Notes: generated by a model from the sequence alone, not told the origin. 64,000 bases of DNA from the human T2T-CHM13v2.0 reference genome, Homo sapiens (GCF_009914755.1 NC_060932.1); one strand, 5' to 3'. Shown: positions 32,570 to 46,972, numbered from the stretch's first letter. A program made the numbers and translations.

Positions 32570-33450
32570 CATAGGCGGAGGGGGCAGCCCGGGGCCCCTG
32601 TCAGGAAGCCAAGCGGCCCGGGGCATCCCTGGAAGGCTGCCGAGGGGGCAGCGCCTTCTCTGGGGACGGCTTCGTGGAGAGTCCGGGACGGGCGAGACAG
32701 AAAACCGAGCCCTATTTGTTATTAGTATTTTTTTTTTATACTCTCAAATGCCACCGGCACATTCTTTTAAAAAAAATTGAAAGGAAAGAAAGAAAGAAAA
32801 AGAAAATAAGAGAGGAAAAGGTCCTGAGAAATGACGGACGCTTGAACCTCGGGCCCGGGAAGACCAGCGCCCTTTGGCGGCTAGGCCTCGGGGGCGTGCG
32901 GAGGGCGGGCCCCCGCGCGGCCGCCGCTTTCCCAGGCCGCCAGGGGTGAGGAGGTGACGCTGCGGGCTTGGTGGCGGCTGGTTTTTCACACAGGAATCCT
33001 CCTCGCCACCGCTCCCTCGAAGGCCGCCCCCCGCTCCACCCCCAGCACTGGGCGCCCGCGCCTCCCAACTCAGCCCGCCGCCGAGCAGACGGCGCGCCGC
33101 GGTAATTGGGCACAGGGGCCTTTTTCAGAGTCGCTCAGTCGATAAATGAAACGTCAGCTCCCCTGTGATCCCGCGTGTGTGGGGCGGCGGTGGCTGCGAG
33201 CCGGGGCGCAGGGCCGGCCGGCAGCCGCTGCTCTTTCACAGCCCCAGACCCTGCGCGGCCTGCCGGCGGCTGGCGACCTCCCTTCCCCTCCCGAGGCGCC
33301 CGAGCCTCTGATCCCCTCCCGGGGCGCCTGTGGCCTCCCTTCCCCTCCTGGGGCGCCTGTGACCTCCCGTCCCCTCCCGCGGCTCCCGCGGCCTCCGACC
33401 TCCTGCCGGGGCGCCTCAAGGGCCCCTGCCCCACATCAGAGGGTCTTGCG
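32570..33450. promoter_or_regulatory. CpG island with no associated coding exon (orphan CGI)
   Basis: Very GC-rich with dense CpGs (cgcgcggccgccgc, ggcgcgccgcgg), GC boxes, in otherwise CpG-depleted DNA. Confidence 0.9.
33273..33416. repeat. Degenerate GC-rich minisatellite, five units of 28-29 bp
   Basis: Units start 33273, 33302, 33330, 33359, 33388; consensus approx. GYGRCCTCCCTTCCCCTCCCGGGGCGCCT. Confidence 0.85.
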
Positions 33451-34029
33451 GTTTCCTGGTTTGGTTCAACATCTCTGAAACCCAGAGGTGAAGAAGAAAC
33501 CATGGAGGAGAATCCGAAACAGTCTTCCAGATCAGACCTCTAAAATAACTAAATTCTTGTTAATCATTAGATTCTCCCTTTTATTTAATGTGTAAGTCCA
33601 AGGGGATTCCTTCTGCTTCCCCATTCAATTAGACAGCAACCTCTTCCTCTAAAGTTCTCTCATCTGAAGCCATCTGAGCAGGAGCACTTTGACCAACTCA
33701 ATTCTGCTCTGATCTGGACTACTTCTCCCAGTTTAGGGATCAGTAAATTGCCAAACACTTCCCAATTTATCCCTGAAGGAATCCCTGAAAAATGATGGCC
33801 TTTATTCTCCCTCAGAGAGGGAGCTTGAGCTCTTGAGAAAGACATGAAGGCCCTTGCCGCTGTCGGCATCACTCCTTCCTCCCTAATCCGGTCAGTTAAT
33901 TGCTGAGTGCTCGCTTCCTGATCTGCGTGATGGCCTCGGAACCGGGCTGCGTGTAGACCTGGGTGACTATCAGCTCAGCTCCCAAGTGGAGGGCCTCGGA
34001 AGACGCTCTGTGCGGCCTACTAACAAGCA

Positions 34030-34200
34030 CGAGGTAACAGCACTTGGTACTTTCCATGGGATTTTATTATTATCTTGTTTACTCTTCACAACGGTCTCTT
34101 TTATGGGTAATCAAACAAGCTGAGGGAGGTTCAGAAATCTGCCCGAACCTCACAGTTCATAGGTGGCAGATGTTTCTGACTCCACGATCTCAAGAGCTCC
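34030..34200 (-). mobile_element. MIR fragment
   Basis: ttatcttgtttactcttcacaac...gctgagggaggttcagaaatctgcccgaacctcacagt...tttctgactcca. Confidence 0.6.
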
Positions 34201-36064
34201 TCAGTCTCGGGCTAGGCAGAGTTGGATCAATAGGGTGAGATAAAAAGCAGCAGAAAGGCAGAAGGGCAGTGGGACCTGAGAAGGGATTCTACTTTTTGTT
34301 AGATACTAGTTCAGAAAGTCAGTTTGCAGAAGCGGCATTCGCATTCTTACTGGAGGGACCCAGCCTTAGCTTTTACCTCTGAGGGATTTCCTCACAGCCT
34401 TGATACTTTCACCAGCATCAGAGAAAGTCAGATGCTCACCATGGTGAGACGCTTGCTGTCCTTCCTCACTCCTTGGACTTAACGTGAAACTCCTGATATG
34501 GGAAATGCTAAAAATTCAGCACGGCTCCAGAATTCAAAGATGTGATAGCTTCAACAGCAACAATTAGATATTGGTTAATGCATTGATATTAATGGCAATG
34601 GAGTAAGAGAGAACCAAAGTGATGCCCTTGTTGCTGCCCTAAGAATAGTTTTACAATTTAGAATACTTGGCTTGATATTCATTATTTTGCATATATTATA
34701 AAGTGAAGCTCGCTGGCATCTTCAGGGTCTAATCCCATGAGACCATTTTCAAGATGGAATTATATCACAATGCCTTGTGACACTTCAAAAACTAGACTTC
34801 AGGAAAGTTAAAGAAGAGTCATTTTTATAGAGAGTTATATCTGAGAAAGATTCCCTTGTAACTGGAAGCAACTTATACAAATATTTTTACAGGGTTAGAA
34901 TCATTTATTTAATAGAGCAGCTTTGGTCCAAGCTGACATCAGTGGAATGCCATTTTGGTATGGTGTTTCATTTATTTCAAAAGCAAGTCCAGGGAAGCCA
35001 GATTAATCAGGAACCTGATTATGTTTCTCCATATATGAAAAAAGAATAATCCTATTGAGGAGGCTTATCTTGGTCAAGCATATGGCTAACAGAAGCAATG
35101 TAGCTTTCTAGTGACATCTGTGTAGGGTTGGTTGATTGTGGTAAAGAGCTAGGAAAGGGGACTGCCAAGTTCTAATAAAATTCCTCTCACACTTCAATCT
35201 TGCAAAAGAAAAATGATGCACTTTACTCAGAGTAGCCAAGCACAACAAGAAGTGACAGCCATAGTACTGGCCTAAAGAATTGCCACCTATCAGTAAATCC
35301 TTCAGTCCTGTACATCTTAGTATGAATTTGCTTTCCTCTTAAGTGAGAGACGGAATCAATATATTTTTCCACAGTTTATTCTTTTGCAAATCACTAAATG
35401 TTTTATAGTAAATAGTATTTCTTTTCATGATCCACACCCCTTCTGAAAGCCTGTTATTAGACCATTGGAAGGTTTGATGGGATGGAGCAAGAGGTGAAAG
35501 TAGGGATAATTCCGATTAATTGTGCCTGGCCTCCTGGATGGTGGACCTAGGGCTGGGATGGGGAATTGATGGCAAGAGGATTAGAGCTTCAAAACTTCAG
35601 TACTGAAGGCACTTAGAGCTCAGTGGGAAGAGGAAATAAGATTTCAGCAGACGGAGAAGAGGTATAGAAAGGAAATCAGGAACCAGACTTAATTTGTTTT
35701 ATGGTTTAAATAGATTAGGTCCTAGGCATGGGCAGCCACCTCCTACCCTGACCTGCAGACATGGCCCATTCTTGGTAGGAAAGCTCATGTGGACAATCAC
35801 CACACTATTAAGTCAAAAATTAAAGTTACTAAATTGCTGTTATTATTTGTGACTGAGACAACTTTTGCTCAGAAATAATTAAGACATGGCATCCTAAATT
35901 ATAACAATTCAACTTTCCTGGACTATTTATACCCCTGGGTTTATACATTTATCTTTTGTTTCAATAGAAACAGGCCATATTAATTCAATAGGGCATATTA
36001 AGCCATATCTGCTGGAAAAACTTAGGCTTTATTTCTTGACCAACAACTACAGAGTGATTACTTA

Positions 36065-36490
36065 AATTTTTTTTATTATGGTAAAATATATATAACATAA
36101 CATTTATGATTTTAATCAGTTTAAGTGTACAGTTCAGTGGCATTAAGTACATTCACATTGTTGTAGAGCCATCACCACCATCCATCACCAGGCGTTTTCA
36201 TCCTACCATATGGAAACTCTACCCATTAAACATTAACTCCCTATCCCTACCCCTAGCCTTTGGGAACCACTCTTCCACTTTCTTTCTGTATGTGATGGAC
36301 TATTCTACCTTATATAAGTGGAATCATACAATAGGTATCCTTCTGTGTCTGGCTTATTTCACTTGACATAATGTTTTCAAGGTTCATCCATGTGGTAACA
36401 TGTCAGAATTTCTTTCCTTTTAAAGGTTGCATCATATTCCATTATATGTACATACACATTTCATTTATCCATTTATCCATCGATGGAAGT
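36065..36490 (-). mobile_element. L1MB-type 3' end
   Basis: ttaagtgtacagttcagtggcattaagtacattcacattgttg...ataagtggaatcatacaata...ttcaaggttcatccatgt. Confidence 0.88.
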
Positions 36491-36589
36491 AATTACTTTT
36501 TAAAAAGCACACCAGTACTTACACATAAAAATGATGCTGTCCTTCAGAATAGAGCACTTCAGAAGTTATACTTACTCAGTGATGACTTG

Positions 36590-37003
36590 TGTCATTGGCT
36601 CTTTAGGGGAATTGTGTTCCCCTAAAATTCATATGTTGAATTCCTAACCCCCAGAACCTCAGAATGTGACTGTATTTGGAGATTGTGCCCTTTAAAGAGG
36701 TGATTGAATTAAAACGAGCCCTTTAGTTGGGTCATAATACAATGTGACTAGAGTTCTTACAAGAAGAGGAAATTTGGTCTCACAAAGAGACACCAGAGGT
36801 ACACGCAGAGAAAAGGCCATGAGAAGACACAGCGGGAAGATAGCCATCTGCAAGCCAAGGAGAGAGGCCTCCAGAGACACCAAAACCTGCCGACACCTTC
36901 ATCTTGGACTTCATGCCCCCAAAACTGTGAGAAAATAAATTTCTGTTGTTTAAGCCACCCAGTCTGTGGTACTTTGTTATGGCAGCCCTGTCAAAGTAAT
37001 ACA
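36590..37003 (+). mobile_element. MaLR solo LTR (MLT1B-like)
   Basis: TG...CA ends, aattcatatgttgaa, cagaatgtgactgtatttggaga, aaataaatttctgttgtttaagccaccc; near-TSD acttg/actta. Confidence 0.9.
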
Positions 37004-37099
37004 ACTTAGTACAAAAGACTAAGGGTGCTTTTGCTGAAATTGTCTCAGAAACAGCGTAAGCCCATGCACCCACATCAGCCTCGTTACTTTACAGTCACA

Positions 37100-37345
37100 A
37101 ACACCATTCAGCTTGATCACTAGCTTTTTTCATCATATTGGGCTTTAAATGGCTTCTGACTCTTTAACAAAAAATTAAATCCTCTCTCAAAGGATAAAGT
37201 GCCTTCTCCTGAGAATATGCAAAAGAATACCATGCCAACTTTGAAGGCAATTCCAAAAGGAAATTGCTTTGAGCAATAGCAGCAGAGTAGAAAAAAGTGT
37301 TTTGTCTACTATGGTAACTTGCACTGAAGAAGACAACACTCCTTA
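37100..37345 (+). mobile_element. Mariner-type DNA transposon fossil (MARNA-like)
   Basis: aaaaaattaaatcctctctcaaagga...caaaagaat...tgaaggcaattccaaaagg...tttgagcaatagcagca...tgaagaagacaacactc resembles the 3' end of a mariner transposase as recalled for MARNA. Confidence 0.65.
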
Positions 37346-37763
37346 AGATAAATATGCCCCATTATATTTGCTAAAGAATCTGTTGCTGTACTTTATATTG
37401 CTGCCTCCTCTATCGAAATGCAATGTATGTGCATTTTGGAACTTGCCTCACGCTATTTTTTTCCTCCAAGAGCTCAAGCTCTTCAAAGAGCTCTATGACC
37501 TGACTCTTAAACCAAAGCTGCAGAGCCTTCTGTTTCTTAATCCGCAGCTGGATTGCTTTGATACTTTGGTCAAAAGGATCAGCTCTCAATGGGGCTCAGT
37601 TCACAGGCAAGCTCCAGTACAGCCCTCTCACCCCTACCCTCAGTCCCATCAAGGAAAAGCGGGGGTCGTGAGGAAAGGACTGTGTGATGTGGAGAAGAGA
37701 GCAAGTCCCAGGAAAGTAGGCTTTGGTGTCTTGAGGGAAAAGAACTGAGTTGGAATCAGGGGC

Positions 37764-38174
37764 TGTATTAGTCAGTTTTTTGCATTGCTCTAAAAGAATA
37801 CCTAAGGCTGGGTAATTTAAAAAGAAAAGAGATTTATATTCACTCATGATTCTGCAGGCTGGACAGGAAGCGTGGCACCAGCATCTGCTTCTAGTGAGGC
37901 CTCAGGAAGCTTTTACTTATGGCAGAAAGTGAAGGTGGAGCAGGTGTGTCATGTGGCGAAGAGGAAGCAAGAGAGCTGCCAGGCTCTTTTAAACAACCAG
38001 CTCTTGTGTGAACTAATAGAACAAGAAGTCACTCATTACCACAGGGAGGTCACCAAGCCATTCATGAGGGATCCACCCCTCCGACCCAAACACTTCCTAC
38101 CAGGCCTCACCTCTAACACTGGGGACCACATTTTAAGATGAGCTTTGGAGGGAACAAATATCCAAACTATAACA
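37764..38174 (-). mobile_element. MaLR solo LTR (MSTA/MSTB-like)
   Basis: tgtattagtc...aatacctaaggctgggtaattt...acaaatatccaaactataaca; near-TSD ggggc/gggac. Confidence 0.92.
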
Positions 38175-38429
38175 GGGACCTTGAATTATTATATGCAGTT
38201 AGCTTGCCAGATACTTGTCATTTGTCAGGCATTTTCCGAAAAGCTTTCAATTACGTTATCTTGAAAGTTATTTTAGAAGAAGAAGTTGGACTAGGAGTCA
38301 TGGTCACTGTCACAATTACATCAATCTCTGACTTTAAGAAGGGTCTTTGCAAATATCCCACTGCAAAAATGTCAAAAATGACACCAGCTAGGAATCTCAT
38401 TTATTTTCTAAAAAACAAAGTCATATTTC

Positions 38430-38533
38430 TCACTGAGTGGAGCTCCTTGAGGATAAGGTCGGTGCCATCATCGTCTTTACACATTCAGCACTGTGCAGGG
38501 CACCAAGTAGGTATTCTAAATGTTGAATGAATG
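38430..38533 (+). mobile_element. L2 3' tail
   Basis: gagctccttgagga...cagcactgtgcagggcaccaagtaggtattctaaatgttgaatgaatga. Confidence 0.7.
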
Positions 38534-39630
38534 ACCTACAGCCCTTCACTAGGTTTCCAGCTCCTGCGATTCCAGTGTCTACCATCCTCTGTTGTGTTTC
38601 ACATTTCTGTCCAGTTCCCACTTGATTTTCCCTCATTTGTACTTCTCAGGTTGAAGCCCAGATTTATTGTAAAACAGTGCCCATGACCAGAATAGGTTTT
38701 ATCTTTACCACATCTCTGAATTTGAATTTGTAAGGGGGTCTGGAGGCTACAAAAAGTAACTGGATGCCATGTAAGCCTAGGTTTCAGTCTATTGGAAATG
38801 AACTTGAACTTGGACTTGGACTGAAGCTTTCTGCCTTCCCCTTGTCAACCATCTCTCAGGCAGGTAAAGAATGGCATCATAGCCAAAGGAACCAGCCATC
38901 AAACTCCCTTAATTTTTGCTGTCACCTGACTTTAAAGTGACATCACCTTAAGACTTCAGACTTCAAATGGTTAATATAATTAGGCTAATGCAAGATAACT
39001 ATCTGAACTAAGAAAAAGAAAATCTAGTGTATAATGACAATTCCTTTCATTAAAAAGAGACAAAAAAAAAATACCTGTTAAAAGGGCTGCCTTTGTCTCC
39101 CACTCTCCTGGAGCTCCATGGCTGGTGCAAAATTGAAACAACTCTTTTCACTGTTCCTCCTAAAACATTCCTTGTATGAGACTATTTTATGTGGGCAGAG
39201 ACCAACAATGATGCCCCAACACAGTAAAAGAAGTTTGAATTCCTTCTCCTTAAGAAAATATTTCTCCAGTGAGCCCTCACTATTCTAGCTGACCAGCTGG
39301 CAGGCTAGCAGGTGAGGACACTCTCTTTGCGGACCCCAAAGCCCTTGGCAACTTCTCAACTGTGCCTGAACTTGGCAATCATGCCTATGGAGAATGAGCT
39401 TTCTTTTTTTGAGAATGGAGGAACGCAATATGCACAATTTACCTTTTTTCTCAGAAGTTATTTTATACCTCATTAATGCCAGGAGAAAGGGCTTGTAAGG
39501 GTCCTGACATGTAAATGTCTAATTAGGAAACTTTCAAAGCTGACACTATGTAAAACACTCACGTTTTATTTAAAAGAGAAGGAAATCAAAAAATAATTTA
39601 TCATCACACTGCTAAAGAATTCCTCCAATA

Positions 39631-40296
39631 GAAATAGGAATGCTTTTGCACTGTTGGTGGGAGTGTAAATTAGTTCAACCATTGTGGAAGACAGTGTGGC
39701 GATTCCTCAAGGATCTAGAACCAGAAATACCATTTCACCCAGCAATCCCATTACTGGGTATATACCCAAAGGATTATAAATCATTCTACTATAAAGACAT
39801 ATGCACATGTATGTTTATTGCAGCACTGTTCACAATAGCAAAGACTTGGAACCAACCCAAATGCCCATCAATGATAGACTGGGTAAGGAAAATGTGGCAC
39901 ATATACACCATGGAATACTATGCAGCCATAAAAAAGGATGAATTCATGTCCTTTGCAGGGACATGGATAAAGCTGGAAACGATCACTCTCAGCAAACTAA
40001 CACAGGAACAGAAAACCAAACACCGCATATTCTTACTTGTAAGTGGGAGTTGAACAATGAGAACACATGGACACAGGGAGGGGAACATCACATACCAGGG
40101 CCTGTAGGTGGGTTGGGGGGTAGGGGAGGGATAGCATTAGGAGAAATACCTAATGTAGATGACGGGTTGATGGGTGCAGCAAACCACCATGGCACGCATA
40201 TACCTATGTAACAAACCTGGATGTTCTGCACGTGTACCTCAGAACTTAAAGTATAATAAAATAAATAAATAAAAAATAAATTTTTTTTAAAAAAAA
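39631..40296 (+). mobile_element. LINE-1 (L1PA7-like), 5'-truncated ~0.66 kb
   Basis: ORF 39640..40053 is the L1 ORF2 C-terminus; 3' UTR, A-rich tail; TSD ctaaagaa(t/g)tcctccaata at 39612-39630 and 40297-40315. Confidence 0.96.
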
Positions 40297-40436
40297 CTAA
40301 AGAAGTCCTCCAATAAAATGAGCTTCTTATTTGTATATTCCACTTAAGCTTAGCTCAGCCTGCTGCTCTCATCCATTAAGTCCAATGTTCATGTTCTCCT
40401 TTCTTCCTTCCTGCAGGAATTTCATCACACTCTTAC

Positions 40437-40810
40437 TGTCTTAGCTTGGTTTTCCCTGAAGGAAGAGCCTGATGCCAGCGCTTTTGTGCAGATAGATAAT
40501 TTTGGAGGTGGTCCTAGGGCAGAAGAGAGAGAGAGAGAGAGCAGGGAGAGTGAGATGGCAAGGCAGGGAAATGCGCTACTACGGGAAATAAGGGCTTGAT
40601 TCTGCCAGGACCACCTGAGAAGCCCGTTTAATGCCTTCTTGAACCATTCTCTTGAAAGCTAGGAAGCAGGTCCATGGATTCATCAGTTCCCTTCCCATGG
40701 GTCAAAGGTTATTCCCAGGAGTATTAACTTCCTGATCTATGCATATGCTTGAGCAAAGCCAACCCTCCTAGTGTCTGTGTTGTCCCAGTATAGAAAACAA
40801 AAATATATGA
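40437..40810 (-). mobile_element. ERVL LTR fragment (LTR33-like), probably continuing at ~41319-41420
   Basis: tgtcttagcttggttttccctgaaggaagagcctga...ataattttggaggtggtcctagg. Confidence 0.6.
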
Positions 40811-41318
40811 TGTATTAGTTATCCATTGCTACAGAAAAAAATCATCCCAAAATTTAGTGGCTTAAAATCACAATGATTCCTCCACAGTTTCTGTGAGCCT
40901 GGATGTCGGAGCAGCTGAGAAACTCTGGCTCAGGGTCCCTCATGATGTTGCAGTCAGGACATCAACCCAAGATTCCATCACCTGAGGGCCCGACTACGGC
41001 TGGGGGATCTGCTTCTAAGAGAGCCCATACACATGGCAGCTTCCTCGCTGGCTGTTGGCAGTAGGCCTTATTTATTGTCACAAAGGCCTCTCCATAGGGC
41101 TGTTCAAGTGTCCTTACTGTGTGGCAGCTAGCTTCTCAAAGAATCGATGATTCAAGAGAGAGCAAGGCAGAAGCCACATGTCTTTTGACCTCACCAATAG
41201 TATTTAAGCTATTGGTCATACAGACCAACCCCAATGAAATGTGGGAAGGGGACTACACAAGAATGGGAATGCCAGGAAGTGGAGACAATTGGGGCCATCA
41301 TGTGGGCTGGCTACCACA
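40811..41318 (-). mobile_element. MaLR solo LTR (MLT1F-like)
   Basis: tgtattagttatccattgct...aaatttagtggcttaaaa...ggctcagggtccctcatgatgttgcagtca...ggctaccaca. Confidence 0.85.
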
Positions 41319-41430
41319 TAGGTTATGTGTGCAAGGGTCATAGTCAGCACAAAACGTACCAAAACCTGCACAGAACTGTCAACACTGACATGGCTGAAAT
41401 AATGTATGAGTCCACAAAGATGTGAGTCAT

Positions 41431-41747
<317 letters not shown>

Positions 41748-42129
41748 TCATGGTATTCCAGATGCCTGTTCCAGCTATGCCTCCTTCTTGCTTTCCACCA
41801 CTCAGACCCAACCATTTCCTTGGTTCCTCAAGTTGAACCCAGGATATGCAATTAAACGAAGATCTCAGAAAATACTGAGGTGCAAAGCTGATCTAGAATT
41901 CTAAAATTACAAGTACAACAAATGATCTGAAAATGGCCTACATCTTGGATTGATTAAATCATTTAGGAAGTTTATTTTTTGGTTTTCTTTTACTCCAAAG
42001 CTACAACAGGCAGGCTGCAGAAGCCAACACATGACTGTCTGCCTTTCAACAGGGCAAGAGAACAGGTCAGATGCTGCAGCTTGATGGAACAGAACATTAC
42101 CATAAAGCAAACAAACCTGTGTAAAACAT

Positions 42130-42977
<848 letters not shown>

Positions 42978-43340
42978 GGACATGAACATTAATTGAACAC
43001 GTTCATCACAAGGACAAGATTCGTTTTAAGTCCAGTTAACAATGCAACTGATTCCTCCAGACTTTCAGAGTCTTAGAGGATGATGAACACATGCCCCAAA
43101 GTCATGACTGCAGCGTGGATCCTCCGGCTCCAGTCACTGTCCCCAAATTTCCAGGCAAGGGCAGGACACAAAACATAGGAGTAATGTGTATATCAGAACA
43201 GAAAACCCTAGAACTTGCCAGCCAGCAGACTTCACATATATTTTATTGGCCAGAACAGTGTCACATGGTCATTCCAAGTTGTCAGAGAAGATGGGGAGGT
43301 TGTTAAAATTTGTTATTAAAATTTTTAAAAATTAGAGACA

Positions 43341-43657
<317 letters not shown>

Positions 43658-43659
43658 TT

Positions 43660-43846
43660 TTAGAGACAGGTTTTCATTCTTTTGCCCATGCTGGAGCGCA
43701 GTTTTAGATACAGGGTTTTGTTCTGTTGGCCATGCTGGAATGCAGTGGTGGCATCACAGCTCACTGCAACCTCAAATGCTTGGGCTCAAATGATCCTCTG
43801 GCCTTGGCCTCCAAAAGCTCTGGGATTACAGGCATGAGCCACTGTG
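43660..43846 (-). mobile_element. Alu monomer/AluJ fragment with a duplicated ~43-bp 3' segment
   Basis: ttagagacagg..ttt..tct...gccatgctgga..gcag occurs twice, then cacagctcactgcaacc. Confidence 0.8.
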
Positions 43847-44167
43847 GGGAGTTTTTTTTAAAGCTGATTATCAAAATTGGGTTCTGTAAATAAGGGAAAA
43901 GGGGAGGTTGGATATTGGATGGGCAATTAGCTGTTTTTGCAACCCAGTGTTTTTTAGCCCACTCTATGGGTGGAAATGCTTTTTGCTACACTCACCCAAA
44001 AGGCCCAGATAGTCAAAAGGGATCTTGAACCACTGAACAACCAGCCACTGGTTAGTTCTGTACTTGTGTGAAAAAAAGAAACCCCTCTGTGGCATGACCC
44101 ATTGCTGCTGGGTTTTCTGTTACATGCGGCTGAACTCAATGCCCGATCGATACAACTCACAGAAATA

Positions 44168-44496
<329 letters not shown>

Positions 44497-44689
44497 TAAC
44501 CAAGTAACAATTTTGTTGTATTAATTGTTAAACTTAAAATTTGTTCATTATCTTCAAAGATGTGGTTTCAAATTTGTCAAATTTATAAACAGCATCATTA
44601 TTGATCTTCTGAAAAAATAATAGCCACATGATAATCCTGAAGCTTCTGCACATTGGTGTTTTTCTGTTTATTGTTTTTTCCAGTCCCTT

Positions 44690-44990
44690 TAACTGGACCT
44701 GCTCTCACACACCTTTGGGTCTTCATGTCTGACAGGCCCTCTGCCTAGATGCTACCCGCCCTCCCTACCCCATCCCCAGTTTGCCAAACACCTCCTTGCA
44801 AAGGCTTTCCCTGAATCTTCCAATCTAAACCAAGTAACTCAGTTACGTTCTCATGCAGACAGAACAATTTCTTTCTGAAACTTACTGCACTTTATACATA
44901 CCTATTTCTTTTTGAGGGTATGTGTATAATATGTTTTCCCACTGAACTGTAAGTTCTATGAGGTCAGGGGCTGTGTTAGTTGTGTTCAAG
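44690..44990 (+). mobile_element. L2 fragment
   Basis: ccctctgcctagatgct...ggctttccctga...cccactgaactgtaagttctatgaggtcagggg. Confidence 0.65.
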
Positions 44991-46972
44991 CCTGTCCTGG
45001 TCCTGAGAGGAGAAAAGTGCCAGCTGGAATGTTATGTTCACATTGACTTTCAAGAAGCCCCTGGAAAGTTCAAGTGGGATGCTCTTGTTCAAGGGATTGA
45101 TAGAATCTAGACATGATCAGAGATGCTGTCCATAGTGGATTCTGCTAATTGAAATGTTTAAGCTTTTCTATTTGTTTCTTATTTTTTATTTTTTCTCCTT
45201 GTAAGCCTCTGGGGAACAACGAATGTGTCCAGGGATGGCAGGCTCCACAAAGCAGTCTGGGCAAACTTCCAGGCTGTCCAGCCAATCAATAGAGTTTCCA
45301 GGGGTGACAGGCCAAGTTGTAATCCCTCTTAGTCACCCTAAACAGAGCAAAAATACTGATTGACCACAGTTAAAGGTAAGAATCTCTTAATGCTTGCTTA
45401 TATAATATTTCTTAAGGCTTGCAGTTTGCAGAAGTAAATACAGATTGGAAAATATCTGTTTATACCCTTGTGGCAAAGCAGGCATCTGGAGAGCATTTAA
45501 CTGTGGTAATACATTGCTCCCAAGTAAATGTTCTGTTTGTGACAATATAACACCAGGTTATTTGGCATTTCAGAAAGGCACCATTCTCCTTCTGGGTTCT
45601 ATACAAAACTGAAGGCAAGATTTCAAGACAAGCTATTCTGAGAATATTAAAACATGCACCAACTCAAATGAGAAGACCAGGAAAAACTGGAAAGAAGTTC
45701 AAGTTATAAGAAAATTTGAAAATATAATGCCTGCTTAGAAAATTACTGTTTGCTGTCTATTCTACTTCTTTTCTTTAAAGACTACTCTGATGGAAATGCC
45801 CATTAATGACTCCTGCCTATGAGGAAGTCTTGTTTATCCACACTGTCTGGGGTTTGAAACACGTGGAGGCAGAAAGTGGGATACGAGAGATGGGGAGATA
45901 CAGGTCAACTGGAAGCTGCACTTCCAGGTATAGGCTACAAACTGTGAGGCTACAATAGCTGCTCAGCTAGAGACGGGGGTTCTGGAATATTTGGGTGCTT
46001 ATATATCCAGATTACCTGAGTCCCAAAGGAGCCAGATAGAAGGAATTCTAGTGAATAAATAAAACTCTGACCCAGCATTTATTTAATTCAAGGTAGTAAT
46101 TTTACAAGCTGCTTCATTTTTTACTGAAATTAGGACATAAATTCAAAATAAATTAAGATTTTAAGTCACTAAATAAAATTAAAAGTAGACTATGTGGAGG
46201 GGGATAAAAATTATCTTACTAATCACTTACTCATTATTTGAGAGGTACCCGCTCTAAGAGGGAAAAATATTATTTATCTATTTTTTCCTGGTTTTTATAC
46301 ACCAAAACATCCTAAAAGTACTGTGAGAAAATAACATTTTTAAAAATGGATAATACTTTTCAGTGACTTTTAGAAAATAATTTTTGAAAGGTTACTGATA
46401 AATTATTCACCAGAAGTAATCCATCATAAAGAATTAACCAGAAAATATCAGAGATATGAGTTAATAAACCAAAGGTAGATAATTGGATGCTTTTGTACTT
46501 TCTATATCACTATAATAGGGGAAATAGGTTTCAATCCAGAGAGGAGATACTGCCTTTGCCAGAAACAGAAATATTTTTGAACACTATTCCTATTGGAAAA
46601 AAAAAATTTAAAAATGTGATGGGGCCAGAATACCCATCCAGAAGTTGTGATCTTATACTTAAAGTCACTTTCAAGTCCACAAGAACAAGGTGTGCTGTGG
46701 CCTACCCAATCTACCTCCTGGGGAGTCAGGCTCATAAAGCTAAAGTTGAGGTCAGAAAAATGAGTAGGATGCAGCATACACCTTTTATCAGTGCCAGTAA
46801 ACAGTCCATGAGCTCTCAAAAAGGCTTCTATTGTTGTCTCTGTTTCAACTATGACTTGGAATTAACACAGCACAGAACAATCCTGCCTCTCTGTTCTGAA
46901 GTCCTAGTAGGTAAGTAAACGAGTAACTCCCTTCAACTTCCCCACAAAAGTATGTATAAGAAGCCTGCCCCT

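Noticed and set aside
33273-33416. Regularly spaced ~29-bp repeats as a CRISPR-like array
   Set aside because: Contiguous degenerate tandem units with no unique spacers, no cas genes, eukaryotic context
32674-33543. ORFs of 60-125 aa across the CpG island
   Set aside because: Stop-codon scarcity in GC-rich DNA; low-complexity translations in several frames on both strands
46487-46918. 143-aa plus-strand ORF in unique DNA
   Set aside because: No recognisable protein similarity and no promoter or splice support
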